Below, piece after piece: positions 10,380 through 24,160 of a DNA stretch of 64,000 nt (its first letter is position 1; each line of letters starts with the position of its first letter). Location of the stretch: assembly GCF_006345805.1 (NCBI RefSeq), contig NC_042999.1, positions 24,986,001 to 25,050,000 of the forward strand, given 5' to 3'. The DNA comes from Octopus sinensis. Its lineage: Eukaryota. Below the pieces are notes generated by a model. That model was not told the DNA's origin. It was given only the letters and a program-made list of their open reading frames with translations, and searched no databases. The position numbers and the translations under genes are program-made.

Positions 10380-12870
10380 AGACACCAAACTTATACTTTA
10401 CTAGGGAGGCTCAGCCAGGAGATTCCTCTGTAATCAGACCACTCTCTTATCTCACCTTTTAAAAATTGATATTATCTTCCCATATTGGTATTGTATTTCA
10501 GAGATCCTAGCCACTTGAAATACATGAGCCAGCCAGAGAATACTTTCCTTATGTAAGGCTTTTAACATCTCAGAGAGAATTTCATCTTCCTCAGTGACCT
10601 TTCCACATTTGAGAGCTTTAATCACCTCAATGGCTTCATCCTCTGTGAGGTTAGTCTTTACCCTTAGATGCACCTCGTATCTACTAGAAGATTTTATTGA
10701 GACTGGATTTAGAAGATTAGTAAAGTACATCTTCCAAGAATGGTCTTCTCTATAGAGAGAAACTCCCCACCCCAGTCGAATTATTAATGGCAGATGTGGA
10801 AAAAGGCTTCTTGTTAAAAATTCAGTTGATGGTCCACCAGAATACTTTATTGGTCAATCTAAAGTCAGACACCAGCATTACCCCTAAGTCTTCCTACGAC
10901 TTAACCATGGGTTTTTACTGTCTCTGTTACAACTTTTCACATCTCAGTGTATTGCCTGTACAAAAAGGAGACTTGTTTCCAAGCCAAGCTTTTTAAGTCT
11001 CCTTCTTTGCAGCGTTTTTAACTTCCTGGTTAAACCAAGTGGGGTTTTTTTACCACCTGGCACCACACTGAGACACTTTCATCCATAACATTTTATAGCT
11101 GAAGAAAAAAGTGACAAACAAAACAGTCTCCACATCATTTCAACATCCTCAGTCTGTTCAGGAAGGTCTCTGAATTGGATGCAATAGTGTTCACATATTT
11201 GTTTCTGATCCCATCTTCCACCATTTTATCTCATTTTATTTTGTAGGTCATGCTGGACTTAGCAGTTTTGTTAGTTCTCTTTGCTCTAGTCTCAGGTTAC
11301 AGATAACTAGGTGGTGATCAGTTGGGAGTTCTGCCACTGTCTCTTTACAGGAACATCCAAGTGCAGAATCAAAGAGGTCAGAGACAATAGCAACATCTGT
11401 CAGGGATCTCTGTCCAAAAGTATCCCTATACCAGATACAAACATTCCAATGCTGGAAGAATGGTTTCATAATGGAGTGTTCATTTCTAGCATAGAAATCT
11501 AGTAAGGCTTCTCTCCATTTGCACTTAGTTCAGGATTGTTATTCCTTCCAATTGCTCCTTTCCACATCTGGCAATCAGTGCTAGCTCGTGCATTAAAGTT
11601 TCCTTGAAGTACATGTAGTGTGATGGAGGAAGAGGACAAAAGAAAAAGAAGCAATGGGAGAAAGAAATACAAAAGGCCTTACCTCGGCAAAATCAGTGGT
11701 CTCTCACAAACTCAACACATCCTGTCACTTTGCCGTCTATGCTGGAACTGACCACGCTTCCTCGCTGACTACACATGCTTCCTGCCATGCATGTGCCCTT
11801 CACTCTTCCACCGGCCCCTGCATGCCCTACTTCCGCCCACCTCAGCTGTCATCCTCTCCACCAACACCACATAGCTCATCACGGCCCATAACACCGACCG
11901 CCAACACCACAGTACAAACGACTGATCTTAAAGCTGCAGTGACTTTGTTGGTGGGGAGGGGGTGTATTTAGCTTTGCTGTTTGGTGCATTTATTAGCAAT
12001 AGCCATAGCAAGGCTTCCTTTAGCTTAAGCTTCAGGAGACAACCCCTCCCATCTTGTGGATCCACTTCATAACACAATCTGACAGCCAAGGACTTTTGAG
12101 TATCTTCACTCTAGCTTGTGCAGACAGTTGGCACCACACCTGAATAGTGGAGTTTTTACCCTCCATCCAACTCTACAGTACCAGAACCTCGGAACCTTGC
12201 AGAGGAGACACCAATTATATCTAGCTAGTAGTGTTTGGCCTCCTCCTCTAGTTCCTGTTCTTTACCCATGAAGATTGTGATATTCCAATTCCTAACCCTT
12301 GATGGTTATCCTCTTCTGGTGTTCCGGGACATGCATTCTTTGTACTTCCAGCACCTCACAGAACAAGTTGAAGGCTTATTGCTGGTTATACTGGTGTTGG
12401 GTGGAGACTGCAATATATTTTTTGAATGGACCCCTCTCCTTAAGGTCTGAAAGCATCTCTTGTTGCCCCACATGACAAATGATGTAGTATGGTTGTTCCT
12501 TTGAATTGCTTTTATATCACAGATTTTGGTGGTCTTATTCATGTCAGACACCAAAAAGGTATTAGCATTTGACCTGTGGAATGAACCCTTTTCATAATGC
12601 TATTTTTTGTGGTCATACTCATGCCAGATACCAAGGCGATTTTTGCATTTGATTCAAGAAGGTCTACCTTTCCCACTATAAAATGAAAATTAATCTCCAC
12701 TAGAGACACAGGATTTGGAATTCTATGCCCACGAAGCTCCAGAAATCTGGCATTTATGGGCTGTTGAAACTCCCCATACTTTAGCATTAATTTCTTCCAT
12801 AAAACTTGACCAATAAACTGCTTTTCTCTTACAGAAACAACATTTACCTTCCTCAGACTCAGCATAAACT
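10380..12870 (-). mobile_element. Decayed LINE (possible ORF1 Zn-knuckle remnant, endonuclease end, RT start)
   Basis: EVIKALKCGK..DEILSEMLKAL (10452-10730), DHHLVICNLRL (11248-11469), ORF1-like remnants at 12300-12865. May be more than one element. Confidence 0.55.
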
Positions 12871-13019
12871 TTTGGATAGGATCTCAGTTAGACATGCACA
12901 TGTAAGAGTGATATGGGGGAAAGGAAATGGCCCTTCAAACTGCTGCCCAAATACACAGTAATTTTCTCTTTAATATTTCCTCTACTTTTTTCTATTTGAA
13001 ACCCACCCATATTATTTAA

Positions 13020-13569
13020 CCCTTTTTTCTTTTACTATATTTCTAACTAAAATACACACACTATATGTTTCAATTAAAATTCTAAGATGGTCATGATTTT
13101 AGACTGGTTTCAATAAACAATTATAATATTATTAGAATATGTGTGTTTTGGAACATAATGCTATGAAAGGTGCTTAAATTGATCTACTACATAGTTTTTC
13201 TCTCAAGCGAATTCAGCATAAAGTAAAATTACAAGTGAATTCAGCATAATGTAAAATTATTTAAATTTAAACATGACCATAAAAATGAGTTGTCTAATAT
13301 TCTCCTGGGTATCCAAGAAAAATTTTAAAACAAAAATTTGTGCATATAATTGAATTTTTAACTGAATTAGAATGCATATGATACAGGTGTACCATAAAAA
13401 CAAAACAGAACTAAATACTGGAATTTGTTTGAAGAAAACTGCAAATTGAAGTAAATTCATACACACACATACATAAATACACACAATAAGGATTCACAAG
13501 TATAAATTAAATAGTATTACCCACCTGACAGGTAAATTAAAATGACAGGTAAATAAAATAAAAATAGGG
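13020..13569 (-). mobile_element. piggyBac-derived MITE
   Basis: TTAA-CCCT...AGGG-TTAA ends; 13020-13190 resembles the reverse complement of the right end of the 3665-4718 element. Confidence 0.6.
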
Positions 13570-13793
13570 TTAATTTGAAAAAAAGTATTTTATAAAATCA
13601 AGTTATATAGGCTTGGTAATACAAACAGGAAAAATAGAACTTGAAACATAATTTCCCCCTTATCTCTGTATGCAAATTTGCTTGTCAATGTCTTTTCTGC
13701 TGTTGGATTATTTCACTTCTTTTTACTTTAATTTGTTGTTTTTTATAGCCACTGCTTTTTTCTTTTTTACCTGGAATCACTGTTGTACACATA

Positions 13794-14165
13794 CAGGGTG
13801 TTCAGGCTAAAATTGACAGTTTGCATAAAAGGAAAAGAAAACAATATCCCATCTAAAAATAAAAGTATTTTAAAAACGATAAAAATATATCAACTAATTT
13901 ATGACTGGGAGATAACAGTTTACACAAAGTAACTGCCCTTAGTTTCCCCCATGGCCTCAAGATGGCACTGGAACCTGGTGCATGTGTTTATTACTGTGTC
14001 CTTGAGAAGATCGTCAAACACTGACTTGATTTTGCCACCAGCTTGCCCTTGCTGCCATAAGTAGAGTGGTTGGTGTCTTTTTCTACTGTGCCCCACACAT
14101 AGTAACCCATGGTATTTTAATCAGGAGAATTAGGAGGCCAGAAAATGGGGCTGGTGAAGTCAGCT
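13794..14165 (-). mobile_element. Tc1/mariner-family 3' fragment
   Basis: TA-CAGGGTGTTC terminus; WPPNSPD*NTMGYYVWGTVE remnant on the minus strand. Confidence 0.7.
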
Positions 14166-14224
14166 CATCACCTTAAAAGAACTAAATAATAATAACAACA
14201 TAATAATAATAATAATAATAATCA

Positions 14225-14792
14225 TAATCATATGCCCTGATGCAGTACCAGGCAGTGGCTCTCATGGCTTCTGATCTTAACTGATTGGAAGTGTTATCAT
14301 GTACATTGTTTTGTCTTGGTATAAAAGATGGGCTACAGCAAATATTCTGCTCAATACCACAGATTTGCTTGTCAGTTGTTTGACCTTAACCAGTTGACCA
14401 GGTCCCTTAGTGGCAGACGATATGTGCATCTCTGATCACAAGCAGAAGTAGTGGGGGAGCATCATAGCCATGTGCTGAAAGGAATTCTTAGAGGTTTGGA
14501 TAATTCACCTATGGAAACATGGGTGTTTTGTTCAACATCCTTAAACAACCCTTAATCAGGGACCTTTTGAGTGGGGTGGGTTACTCGACCAGAAGAAAAT
14601 TCTAACTGGGCCTCACCTGCAAGGTCATGTGCTGTTTATCTTGATATGAGATCACCATGTTGCGCACATATGGCTGTGATGCATGTGCCTAGTGTACCCT
14701 TATCAGACGGGTAGTCATGACGGATATGCTGGGCTTCATATATTGTACCCCAGTGTCACTTTGAGGGCATGCACTGCTCTCTCACTCAGTCA
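14225..14792. repeat. Probable interspersed repeat bounded by (AAT)n tracts
   Basis: Higher-complexity block between two (AAT)n runs; unclassified. Confidence 0.35.
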
Positions 14793-14803
14793 ATAATAAA
14801 AAT

Positions 14804-14836
<33 letters not shown>

Positions 14837-15043
14837 TGTTTTTAATATAGATAAATAATTATGAATATTATCACTCTTGAGTCCACATTCTTCTTGCTAG
14901 TTCTCTCATTTTACAGGCAATGCATTTTACAACCAGAAAAATATCTATTATTGAGGCAAAATTCAAAAACTATAAAAGGTAAGGCAAAAGTATAAAGTAT
15001 GATTAAAATGTAAGTTCTGTAAACTGACAAAACATAATTATAT

Positions 15044-15474
15044 CTGTTTTACTGTTTACTGTTTTACTTGTTTCAGTCATTTGACTGCGGCCATGCTGGA
15101 GCACTGCCTTTAGTCGACCAATTGACCCCAGGACTTATTCTATTGGTCTCTTTTGCTGAACCGCTAAGTTACGGGGACGTAAACACACCAGCATCTGTTG
15201 TCAAGCGATGCCGGGGGTCAAACACAGACACACAAACACATACACACATACATATACATATATACATATATATATATTATATATATATATATATACATAT
15301 ATATATACATATATATGACGAGCTTCTTTCAGTTTCCGTCTACCAAATCCACTCACAAGGTTTTGGTCGGCCCGAGGCTATAGTAGAAGACACTTGCCCA
15401 AGGTGCTACGCAGTGGGACTGAACCCAGAACCATGTGGTTGGTAAGCAACCTACATACCACACAACCACTCCTG
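15044..15474 (-). mobile_element. tRNA-derived SINE family A (~400 bp, internal TA/GT microsatellite)
   Basis: Head GGAGTGGCTGTGTGGTAAG..GGTTCAGTCCCA (A/B boxes), tail (GTAAAAGA)n. About 20 copies in the window; partial copies at ~3464-3645, 7105-7325, 34920-35243, 52996-53254, 53750-53870 and 56060-56220. Confidence 0.9.
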
Positions 15475-16265
15475 AACTCAAAGCAAAGGAGAAAAAGATG
15501 CCAGTCAGAAAGCAGTACAGGAAACGTGAGTTGATCAGTTTGAGGCAAAAGTGGTCTGATCTAGTTTACATTTTTGAGAAACACCCAACACCTCACAGAT
15601 CAGGCTTCAGATGTGCTTGATGCCATCATGACAAACTAAGAATCAGACAACCAGCTTGGTGATGTCTTGGTGTTATCATATAGAATCTTGCAACTGTATC
15701 CGGTGTCTTCCTTGCAGTCATTTGCTGCCTTTGATCACCCAGACATGATGATTAGGAAAATGATAGAAAGACAAACAGAAGAATGACTAAAATAGCTATG
15801 TAAAAAATTTTAAATATATTACCAAAACCAAAAGCAAGTTTTATAAAATCTTTAATATGTTTTTAACAAATTTGGAAGTGAATTTTTGTTCTAGTGATAT
15901 TCAAATGCAAATAATCATGCAAAGTTTAAAATTTTTCCTATAATTAATTTGGCAATGGTGAATTTTTAATGTCTAATAACATAATGTTATCAAATTTTAC
16001 TATATTTTCATATTTTTTGAATAACTCGTTCAAAACAAAGTGTTGTTTTGAAAAATTATTAAAATCTTAAAATTTAAATAAAATCTATATATTATAATTT
16101 CTGCATAAATAGCACAGCATGATGTAGTTTAGGAGGAAATTTACCATCTTTTTGAAACAATATTGTCACTTATTACATTAAAACTTTTCTCTCTTTTTTT
16201 AAAACTAAGGATGTAAAATAACCTACCATTGAAGATAAGTCCTCTGGGAACAATTGCAGCTTATA

Positions 16266-16791
16266 CAGGGGGTCCCTAAAGTCTGGACACCTAAGAAATC
16301 TCAAGCATTGAGGCCATTTTTCTTTGATGAACACGTAAACTGGTGAGACTTATCTCACCATGTTGAGAGACTAGTTAATGCCCCAACTTGAAAGGCTAAG
16401 TGAAGGACTTCTTGAGTGGTTCCAACATGGTGGTAAGAGATTGGCTGAATGACAATTTCCCTGACCAGATCGGAAGACATAGTCATGTGGAGTGGCCTTC
16501 TTGCCTTTCTTGACTTCTTTCTCTGGGGTATGCTAAAGGAGAAAGGGTACTCAACGAAAATCACAGATGCAATGAAAATCAAAGATGGAACACATAAAGA
16601 TTGAGCGTGTTCAGATTGATGGCAGTGTGGAGATATTGCATCAAGTTCACATAAATCTTGCGAATGGTGGAAATCATATTGAAGATGTTATTTGTTAATA
16701 TTCTAATCGATTAAAATGTTGCTGAAAATTTTACATGTATTTCTTGAAAATATACATTTTGCCTATGTATCCAAACTTTATGGACACCCTG
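16266..16791 (+). mobile_element. Tc1/mariner-family deletion derivative
   Basis: TA TSDs; TIRs CAGGGGGTCCCTAAAGTCTGGACAC / GTATCCAAACTTTATGGACACCCTG; remnant FPDQIGR..EWP..DFFLWGMLKEK. Confidence 0.85.
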
Positions 16792-16885
16792 TAGAGTAAA
16801 GATAGTACTAAATACTTGTTGCTGTTTTAGAATTAAAGTTCATTATATCACATTTAATTCTTTATTTCCCTTCATAATTTATATC

Positions 16886-17281
16886 TTACTCTTTTACTCT
16901 TTTACTTGTTTCAGTCATTTGACTGCGGCCATGCTGGAGCACCGCCTTTAGTCGAGCAAATCGACCCCGGGACTTATTCTTTGTAAGCCCAGTACTTATT
17001 CTATCGGTTTTTTTTGCTGAACCGCTAAGTGACGGGGACGTAAACACACCAGCATTGGTTGTCAAGCAATGATAGGGGGACAAACACAAACACACACACA
17101 CACATATATACATATATACGACAGGCTTCTTTTCAGTTTCCGTCTACCAAATCCACTCACAAGGCATTGGTCGGCCCGGGGCTATAGCTATACTTGCCCA
17201 AGGTGCCACGTAGTGGAACTGAACCCGGAACCATGTGGTTGGTTAGCAAGGTACTTACCACACAGCCACTCCTGCGCCTAT
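16886..17281 (-). mobile_element. SINE family A
   Basis: Full-length match to the family. Confidence 0.9.
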
Positions 17282-17377
17282 GAAATCCATTCATTTGTAG
17301 AACATGATATTTAAAATGAGAAGGAAATCTACTGTTCAGTATTTTCTGAATAAGTTTCACAATTTTTTTTTAATAAA

Positions 17378-17598
17378 CCCTTTAGTGTTTAAACCGGCCC
17401 ATATCAGGCCAAAATTGTCTTCCTGTTTTATGCTCAAACCAGCCAACTCTGACCTCTCACACCTACCCTACAAAGTCATTCTAAAAATAAACAGGAACAA
17501 CATCAAAATCTCAGAGTTACAAGATGCTGTACAATTAATAAAAAAAAATATGATTAAACAGATTTTACATTTGACAGAGTAATCTGAATACCAAAGGG
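17378..17598. mobile_element. piggyBac-type MITE (221 bp)
   Basis: CCCTTTAGTGTT...AATACCAAAGGG termini flanked by TAAA/TTAA. Confidence 0.7.
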
Positions 17599-18409
17599 TT
17601 AAAGCAATAGTTGTTAAAAGCAAAGATTTAAATTACTGAGAAGCAATGATAGGATTCAAAATCAGTCTTTTATTTTAATGGAAATTCTGTTTATTTCCAC
17701 ATCTAGGTGTGGAGTAACAGTCGCAAATGTCTTCGTTTAATCTTTGACAATTAATATGATGCATTTTTATGTACCTAACATTATCAATAGGAATAAATAA
17801 AAATTTTTTTCTAAAATCAAAGTCTTGAATACTAAGAATTCTCTTTCCAAATTTCATGAACACATTTCTGATGCCATCATCAAATCTTCCTCGAATAATT
17901 CTTAGACTAGCCACATTATTGTATTTATTCAAAATAATGGGTTTTTTTTTTGATTAACTTCATTTTCAAGTCTCTCAGTTTATAATTATTCAATAAATCC
18001 AGGCAATTGATTAATAACTTAAATCATAGAACTTGTAAACAAGCATTTCTTAGGTTTAATGGTGGAAGTTGTGAAATAATATTTGCTTTATCATTCTAAT
18101 TTTGTTCTATATATTCTTCAATATTTAATTTTTAACTCTCTTCTGAGGTATACTAGGTGCAATATCCATGCAAAGAGGTTTTTTTTTTTCTGCAAGGTGG
18201 TATCAGAAACAAATCTGGTTTTTTGAGTAATGACACACAATTTGTTGTACTCTTCCCATGCAAATTTGTCACACAATTTGCAAACTTTTGAAAGTAAGCA
18301 CAGTAAGTAAAATCCCTATCTGGCAACTGGAAGGAAAGCTGTCCTCTCAACAAATATCCTGCTGTTGGTATAGCTGGATGGCAAGCTCTGGTGATGATGT
18401 TATTCTTTC

Positions 18410-18825
18410 AGATCTTTTCGGTTTGAACGGCAGTTTTTGACATAATTTCTAGGTAACTAAAAAATTTTAAACTTCGTATACTGGTAGAATGTGTTTATAA
18501 AACATCTTTTTCTCTTGGCTTTATTGAGAAAATTTTATAGTTTGTAAGATATTTGTTGTTTTTTTCCTTCAATTTCTGCAATTTCAACCAATCAATTACG
18601 TCTATTGAGGTAAATACCATTCTGTGCCGTATGAATATGTCTCTCGTTTAAGAAACAGATTGGGTTTATTTACATTTGTGAAGAAAAAAAGATACCCTCC
18701 CCCCCAACCCTAACCCTAACACTAAAACAGATTGAAATGCAATAGATCTATGCTAGGGTCATAATTATGGGTGACAATTTCATATGACACCACTAGAAAA
18801 ACTGCCGTTCAAACCGAAAAGATCC
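18410..18825 (+). mobile_element. GGATC-MITE copy 3
   Basis: Perfect TSD attctttc. Confidence 0.9.
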
Positions 18826-19437
18826 ATTCTTTCTGATCTCTGGTGCTGGCCTTAGCATGCTTGAGGATGAGATGTTGCGACTTCAGGTTTGCCTCAATTT
18901 GTTTTACCCATGTCTTTCTTTGGTGTGCTGCCCTGGAATCTATATAAACCATGCAATCAGAAAATAGAGATCTTTGGTTTATAATCATCCCATTGACACT
19001 GATTCCTTGTGAATTGTTATAACATCAAAGAGAGTGTGGAAAATGATTCCTGGTGACAAAAATACCATCAATGATTTCATAATCAGCTTGCTAATATAAG
19101 AGACTTGTTTTGTTTGTGGTCAAAAGCAATATTTTCAATATGATTCTTTCCTCCTGCTCTAATGGTCCTTTCTACAATAGTTACAAGGCTTGAAATTTTG
19201 GTGGAGGGGTGTAGTCATCTGCATCAACCTAGTGTTTCACTGGTACTTAATTTATCAACCCTGAAAGGATGAAAGGCAAAGTTGACCATGGCAGAATTTG
19301 AACTCAGAATGTAATGTGGGATGAAATCCAATACGTATTTCATCCAGCATGCTAATGATTTTACCACCTCGATGCTGTCCTCTTGTTCTAATAATGCTAT
19401 TACAAAAGTTTTGGTCTACATCATACTTTTTCTTCAA

Positions 19438-19845
19438 CAGGCGCAGGAGTGGCTGTGTGGTAAGTAGCTTGCTAACCAACCAAATGGTTCCGGGTTCAGT
19501 CCCACTGCATGGCACCTTGGGAAAGTGTCTTCTGCTATAGCCCCGGGCCGACCAATGCCTTGTGAGTGGATTTGGTAGGCGGAAACTGAAAGAAGCCCGT
19601 TGTATATATGTATATATATATGTGTGTGCGTGTATGTTTGTGTGTCTGTGTTTGTCCCCCTAGTATTGCTTGACAACTGATGCTGGTGTGTTTACGTCCC
19701 CGTTACTTAGCGGTTCGGCAAAAGAGACCGATAGAATAAGTACTGGGCTTACAAAAGAATAAGTCCCGGGGTCGAGTTGCTTGATTAAAGGCTGTGCTCC
19801 AGCATGGCCGCAGTCAAATGACTGAAACAAGTAAAAGAGTAAAAG
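19438..19845 (+). mobile_element. SINE family A
   Basis: Full-length match. Confidence 0.9.
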
Positions 19846-20298
19846 TGAGAGAGAGTCCCAATTTTCAGCAAAGTGTCTAGTCCAGTCAAAAAATGAGTAA
19901 AAATTTAAAATTTAAACAAAGTCTATATTTCCTTAAGTGTATTGCTGATTTTACTATTTTCCTTTCACCTCCCATCTTTTTGTCACATGCCAGAATCTGG
20001 CTATAATATTAATAGTCATGATATCACATTTTTTTAAAAAAACCATTTCATTATTTAGTTCATCTACTGCTTCACTTAGAAGAAGTATGCTAAGAAATTT
20101 CAAATCAGGTGTAAAATACAATTCAAATAATTTATCAGCAATTTCTTCAGTAGCTGTTTTTCTATTTGGAAATAGCATTGTCTTTGAAGAATGCTTTTAT
20201 CAGAATCCATGGATTAACAGCTTTAATTCTTCCTTATATTTTACTGTAATTTTCTTTGTCTTATGTTTATATAAGTTCATCAGATCAAAAATATGTCC

Positions 20299-20683
20299 AC
20301 AGGAGTGGCTGTGTGGAAAGTAGCTTGCTTACCAACCATATGGTTCCGGGTTCAGTCCCATTGCGTGGCACCTTGGGCAAGTGTCTTCTACTATAGCCTC
20401 GGATCGACCAAAGCCTTGTGAGTGGATTTGGTAGATGGAAACTGAAAGAAGCCTGTTGTATATATGTATATGTTTGTGTGTCTGTGTTTGTCCTCCCAAC
20501 ATCGCTTGACAACCGATGCTGGTGTGTTTACGTCCCCGTTACTTAGCGGTTTGGCAAGAGAGACCGATAGAATAAGTACTAGGCTTACAAAGAATAAGCC
20601 CTTGGGTCGATTTGCTCAACTAAAGGCGGTGCTCCAGCATGGTTGCAGTCAAATGACTGAAACAAATAAAAGAATAAAAGAAA
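20299..20683 (+). mobile_element. SINE family A
   Basis: Full-length match. Confidence 0.9.
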
Positions 20684-21185
20684 AAATGGTTCTCTACTAA
20701 TATCAATTTTTGTTCATTTGGAATCATATGAAATTCTTTGAATACTGGGTTTGCATTAACAGGTGGAAGTTGCAATGAATCACCAAACAAAAGGTTAGTC
20801 TATTCTGATCTTCAAAGATTTCATGTTGTATTTTGTAAATAAAAGTCAGCATCAAATAATTGATCATACTGATTGCATCAATAGTAAATAGTCTGATCTC
20901 ATCATCAAATAGCTTGCAACGTTTTCACTTTTTTGTCAGTTCTCTCAAGTAGGAAATTTTCTTTGTTGAACACTAATCTTAAGTATTCTCTGCAAAGTAT
21001 TGCCTTTATTTGAAAAGCACTTATGCCAGTGAACCTACAAATTATTATAGGAGACCAACTGCATGAATCAGACATGAAATTTTGTCTGATGTGGTGTCTA
21101 TCAAAAAACTTTTTGGAGTTCCTCATATACCAGAAATGAATTTAAGCAGCTATGGGTACCACGTTTACATCTTGGAATAGGTTTG

Positions 21186-21499
21186 GGATCTTTTCGGTTT
21201 GAACGGCAGTTTTCAACATAATTTCTAGGTAACTAAAAAATTTTAAACTTCGTATACTGGTAGAATGTGTTTATAAAACATCTTTTTCTCTTAGCTTTAT
21301 TGAGAAAATTCTATAGTTTGTAAGATATTTGTTGTTCTTTTTTCTTCAATTTCTGCAATTTCAACCAATCAATGACGTCTATTGAGGTAAAAAAAACATT
21401 CTGTGCTGTATGAATATGTCCCTTGTTTAAGAAACAGATTGGGTTTATTTACATTTGTGAAGAAAAAAAGATACCCTCCCCCCCAACCCGAAAAGATCC
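21186..21499 (+). mobile_element. GGATC-MITE copy 4 (internal deletion)
   Basis: Perfect TSD taggtttg; about 100 bp missing next to the right end. Confidence 0.9.
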
Positions 21500-21943
21500 T
21501 AGGTTTGTTCTTATTTCAATGAAGCTCTTCCAATAATACTAATAACTTCATTAAAAACTGTTTTTTGGTCTTCATTCAGCTGAAACTCCTTTTTGTCTTA
21601 CAAATTCTTCAGTAACTTTTCTTTCAATTTTCTTTGCTTAATTTTCAAAAATATTTTTCCCCACCTTCTTTTTCTTCTTTGATTTCTAATTGTTTTACTA
21701 ATTCATGGTTCAATCACATGTTTTTTTAAATATTTTCATACTGACTGAGTAACTAAATAGAAAATCAACATTATAATTCTTAAGTGATTCTTCATATGAA
21801 TAAGAACCATTAACAAAATCAATTTCACTCTTTTTCCTAGATATAAACAACATTAACAAATCATGTAAGTTTTGTTTTGTTTCTTTCAGTGAAATATTTG
21901 GAACATTGATTATTTTTCCCCTTGACCTTTGTTATTGACCAAT

Positions 21944-22168
21944 ACTCTTTACTCTCTTTTACTTGTTTCAGTCATTTGACTGCAGCCATGCTGGAGCACC
22001 GCCTCTAGTCGAGCAAATCGACCCCGAGACTTATTCTTTGTAAGCCCAGTACTCATTCTATTGGTCTCTTTTGCCGAACCGCTAAGTGACGGGGACGTAA
22101 ACACACCAGCATCGGTTGTCAAGCAATGCTAGGGGGACAGACACAGACACACAAACACACACACACAC

Positions 22169-22234
<66 letters not shown>

Positions 22235-22401
22235 TACGACAGGCTTCTTTCAGTTTCCGTCTACCAAATCCACTCACAAGGCTTTGGTCGACCCGGGGCT
22301 ATAGCAGAAGACATTTGCCCAAGATGCCACGCAGTGGGACTGAACCCGCAACCATGTGGTTGGTTAGCAAGCTACTTACCACACAGCCACTCCCGCGCCT
22401 A
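21944..22401 (-). mobile_element. SINE family A
   Basis: Full-length match. Confidence 0.9.
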
Positions 22402-23020
22402 TGTTCACTTTTTCAGCTTCATTTTCGTCACCTGCTGCAAGCTGATGCATTTTCTTATTGGCTGGCAACTTCATATAATGAAACATTTCTCAGAAATATT
22501 GGTATGTTTGAATGATATGTTTCATTCATATTTTTATAAAGGATGCTTGTAGTTAGTAGTGAAAGTTCTTGTAATTCCAGTTTGGTCTCAACTTGTGACT
22601 CCTTTTACTAGGCGTATCAGCACCCACCCAATTTACTTGATCAGCTTTGCCAGCTTTGTCATCATTATAAAATAGATGCTGAATGTTTCTTCTAAATCTT
22701 GGTTCTAGATGAAGTCAATTTTTAATATACATTTAAGGTTTTACTGTCCCATATGGTCTATTCTTGAATTTTACAAATTTCTCTTCAGGGAATAAAACTG
22801 AGATGCACAATTATTCTAAATTAGGATTTTCATCTTTGATTAATGTTCCTGTGATTGTAAGTATTTTATAAATCTCAATGTCTTTTTGTTTAGCAATGAA
22901 TGTTAAATGCTGATGAATGCAGGGTATATTCTTACAACTGTATGATGTTCATAAACATTTTCAGTGTCTATTTGAATTAGCAAAGGATCAGTATCATTTG
23001 AAATATTTTGTCTCTCTCTC

Positions 23021-23235
23021 TTTACTTTACTCTTTTACTTGTTTTAGTCATGTAACTGTGGCCATGCTGGAGCATTGCCTTTAGTCGAGCAAATCAACCC
23101 CAGGACTTATTCTTTGTAAGCTTAGTACTTATTCTATCGGTCTCTTTTACCTGAACCACTAAGTTATGGGGATGTAAACACACCAGCATCGGTTGTCAAG
23201 TGATGTTGGGGGAACAAACACAGACACACAAACGT

Positions 23236-23266
<31 letters not shown>

Positions 23267-23434
23267 CATATATACGACGGGATTCAGTTTTTGTCTACCA
23301 AGTCCATTCACAAGGCTTTGGTCGGCCCAAGGCTATAGTAGAAGACACTTGCCCAAGGTGCCACACAATGGGACTGAACCCGGAACTATGTGGTTCGTAA
23401 GCAAGCTACTTACCACACAGCCACTCCTATGCCT
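23021..23434 (-). mobile_element. SINE family A
   Basis: Full-length match. Confidence 0.9.
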
Positions 23435-23761
23435 ATGTACCAATGTCATATAAATCCTTAGACACATTTGTTTTTTTCTTTGTGAAGTTCATTATTTGTT
23501 TCAAGCCAATTGAGTGCATGAAAAATATTTTTCATGTTTGTCAAGATCCTTAAATGATTTTCTTTCTCAATAATTCTAATATTTGCATCTTCTTAATACA
23601 TCTAGGTAGGTTCAGATGCAAAATATGCTGGTTGCTGTATTGTACATCATAGAAGATCAGCTGGTCCCTTTTATGATGACAGTGTGTTCAAAACACCCAA
23701 CTTATTGCTACTTGGCATTCTGGGACACCAGTGTCTCAACATGTTGAATCTTGTCAACCAA

Positions 23762-24160
23762 AAGTAACCGTGTGGTAAGTAGCTTGCTAACCAACCACAT
23801 GGTTCCGGGTTCAGTCTCATTGTGTGGCATCTTGGGCAAGTGTCTTCTGCTATAGCCCCGGGCCGACCAATGCCTTGTGAGTGGATTTGGTAGACGGAAA
23901 CTGAAAGAAGCCTGTCGTATATATGTATATATATGTATGTGTGTGTGTTTGTGTGTCTGTATTTGTCCCCCTAGCATCGCTTGACAACCGATGCTGGTGT
24001 GTTTACGTCCCCGTCACTTAGCGGTTCGGCAAAAAGAGACCGATACAATAAGTACTGGGCTAACAAAGAATAAGTCCTGGGGTCGATTTGCTCGACTAAA
24101 GGCGGTGCTCCAACATGGCCACAGTCAAATGACTGAAACAAGTAAATGAATAAATGAAAG
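23762..24160 (+). mobile_element. SINE family A
   Basis: Near full-length match. Confidence 0.9.

Larger units (their letters stand above)
16190..18080 (-). pseudogene. Degenerate USP/peptidase-C19-like domain downstream of the Helitron helicase
   Basis: Cys-box-like NLRNAC(F)TSSMI*VINQLPGF (~18000-18060) and QKCVHE (~17853-17870). Weaker His-box-like and YIL segments at ~16800-16870 and ~16210. Reading it requires frameshifts; interrupted by a piggyBac MITE, a SINE and a Tc1 element. Confidence 0.45.

Noticed and set aside
15068-15445. Recurrent MFQSFDCGHAGA / RQASFSFRLPNP ORFs across the window
   Set aside because: Chance translations of SINE family A, not a gene family.
15650-16150. AP endonuclease (Helentron EN) in the ORF-like stretch containing DFNN
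   Set aside because: Only one partial motif; other conserved APE motifs were not found.
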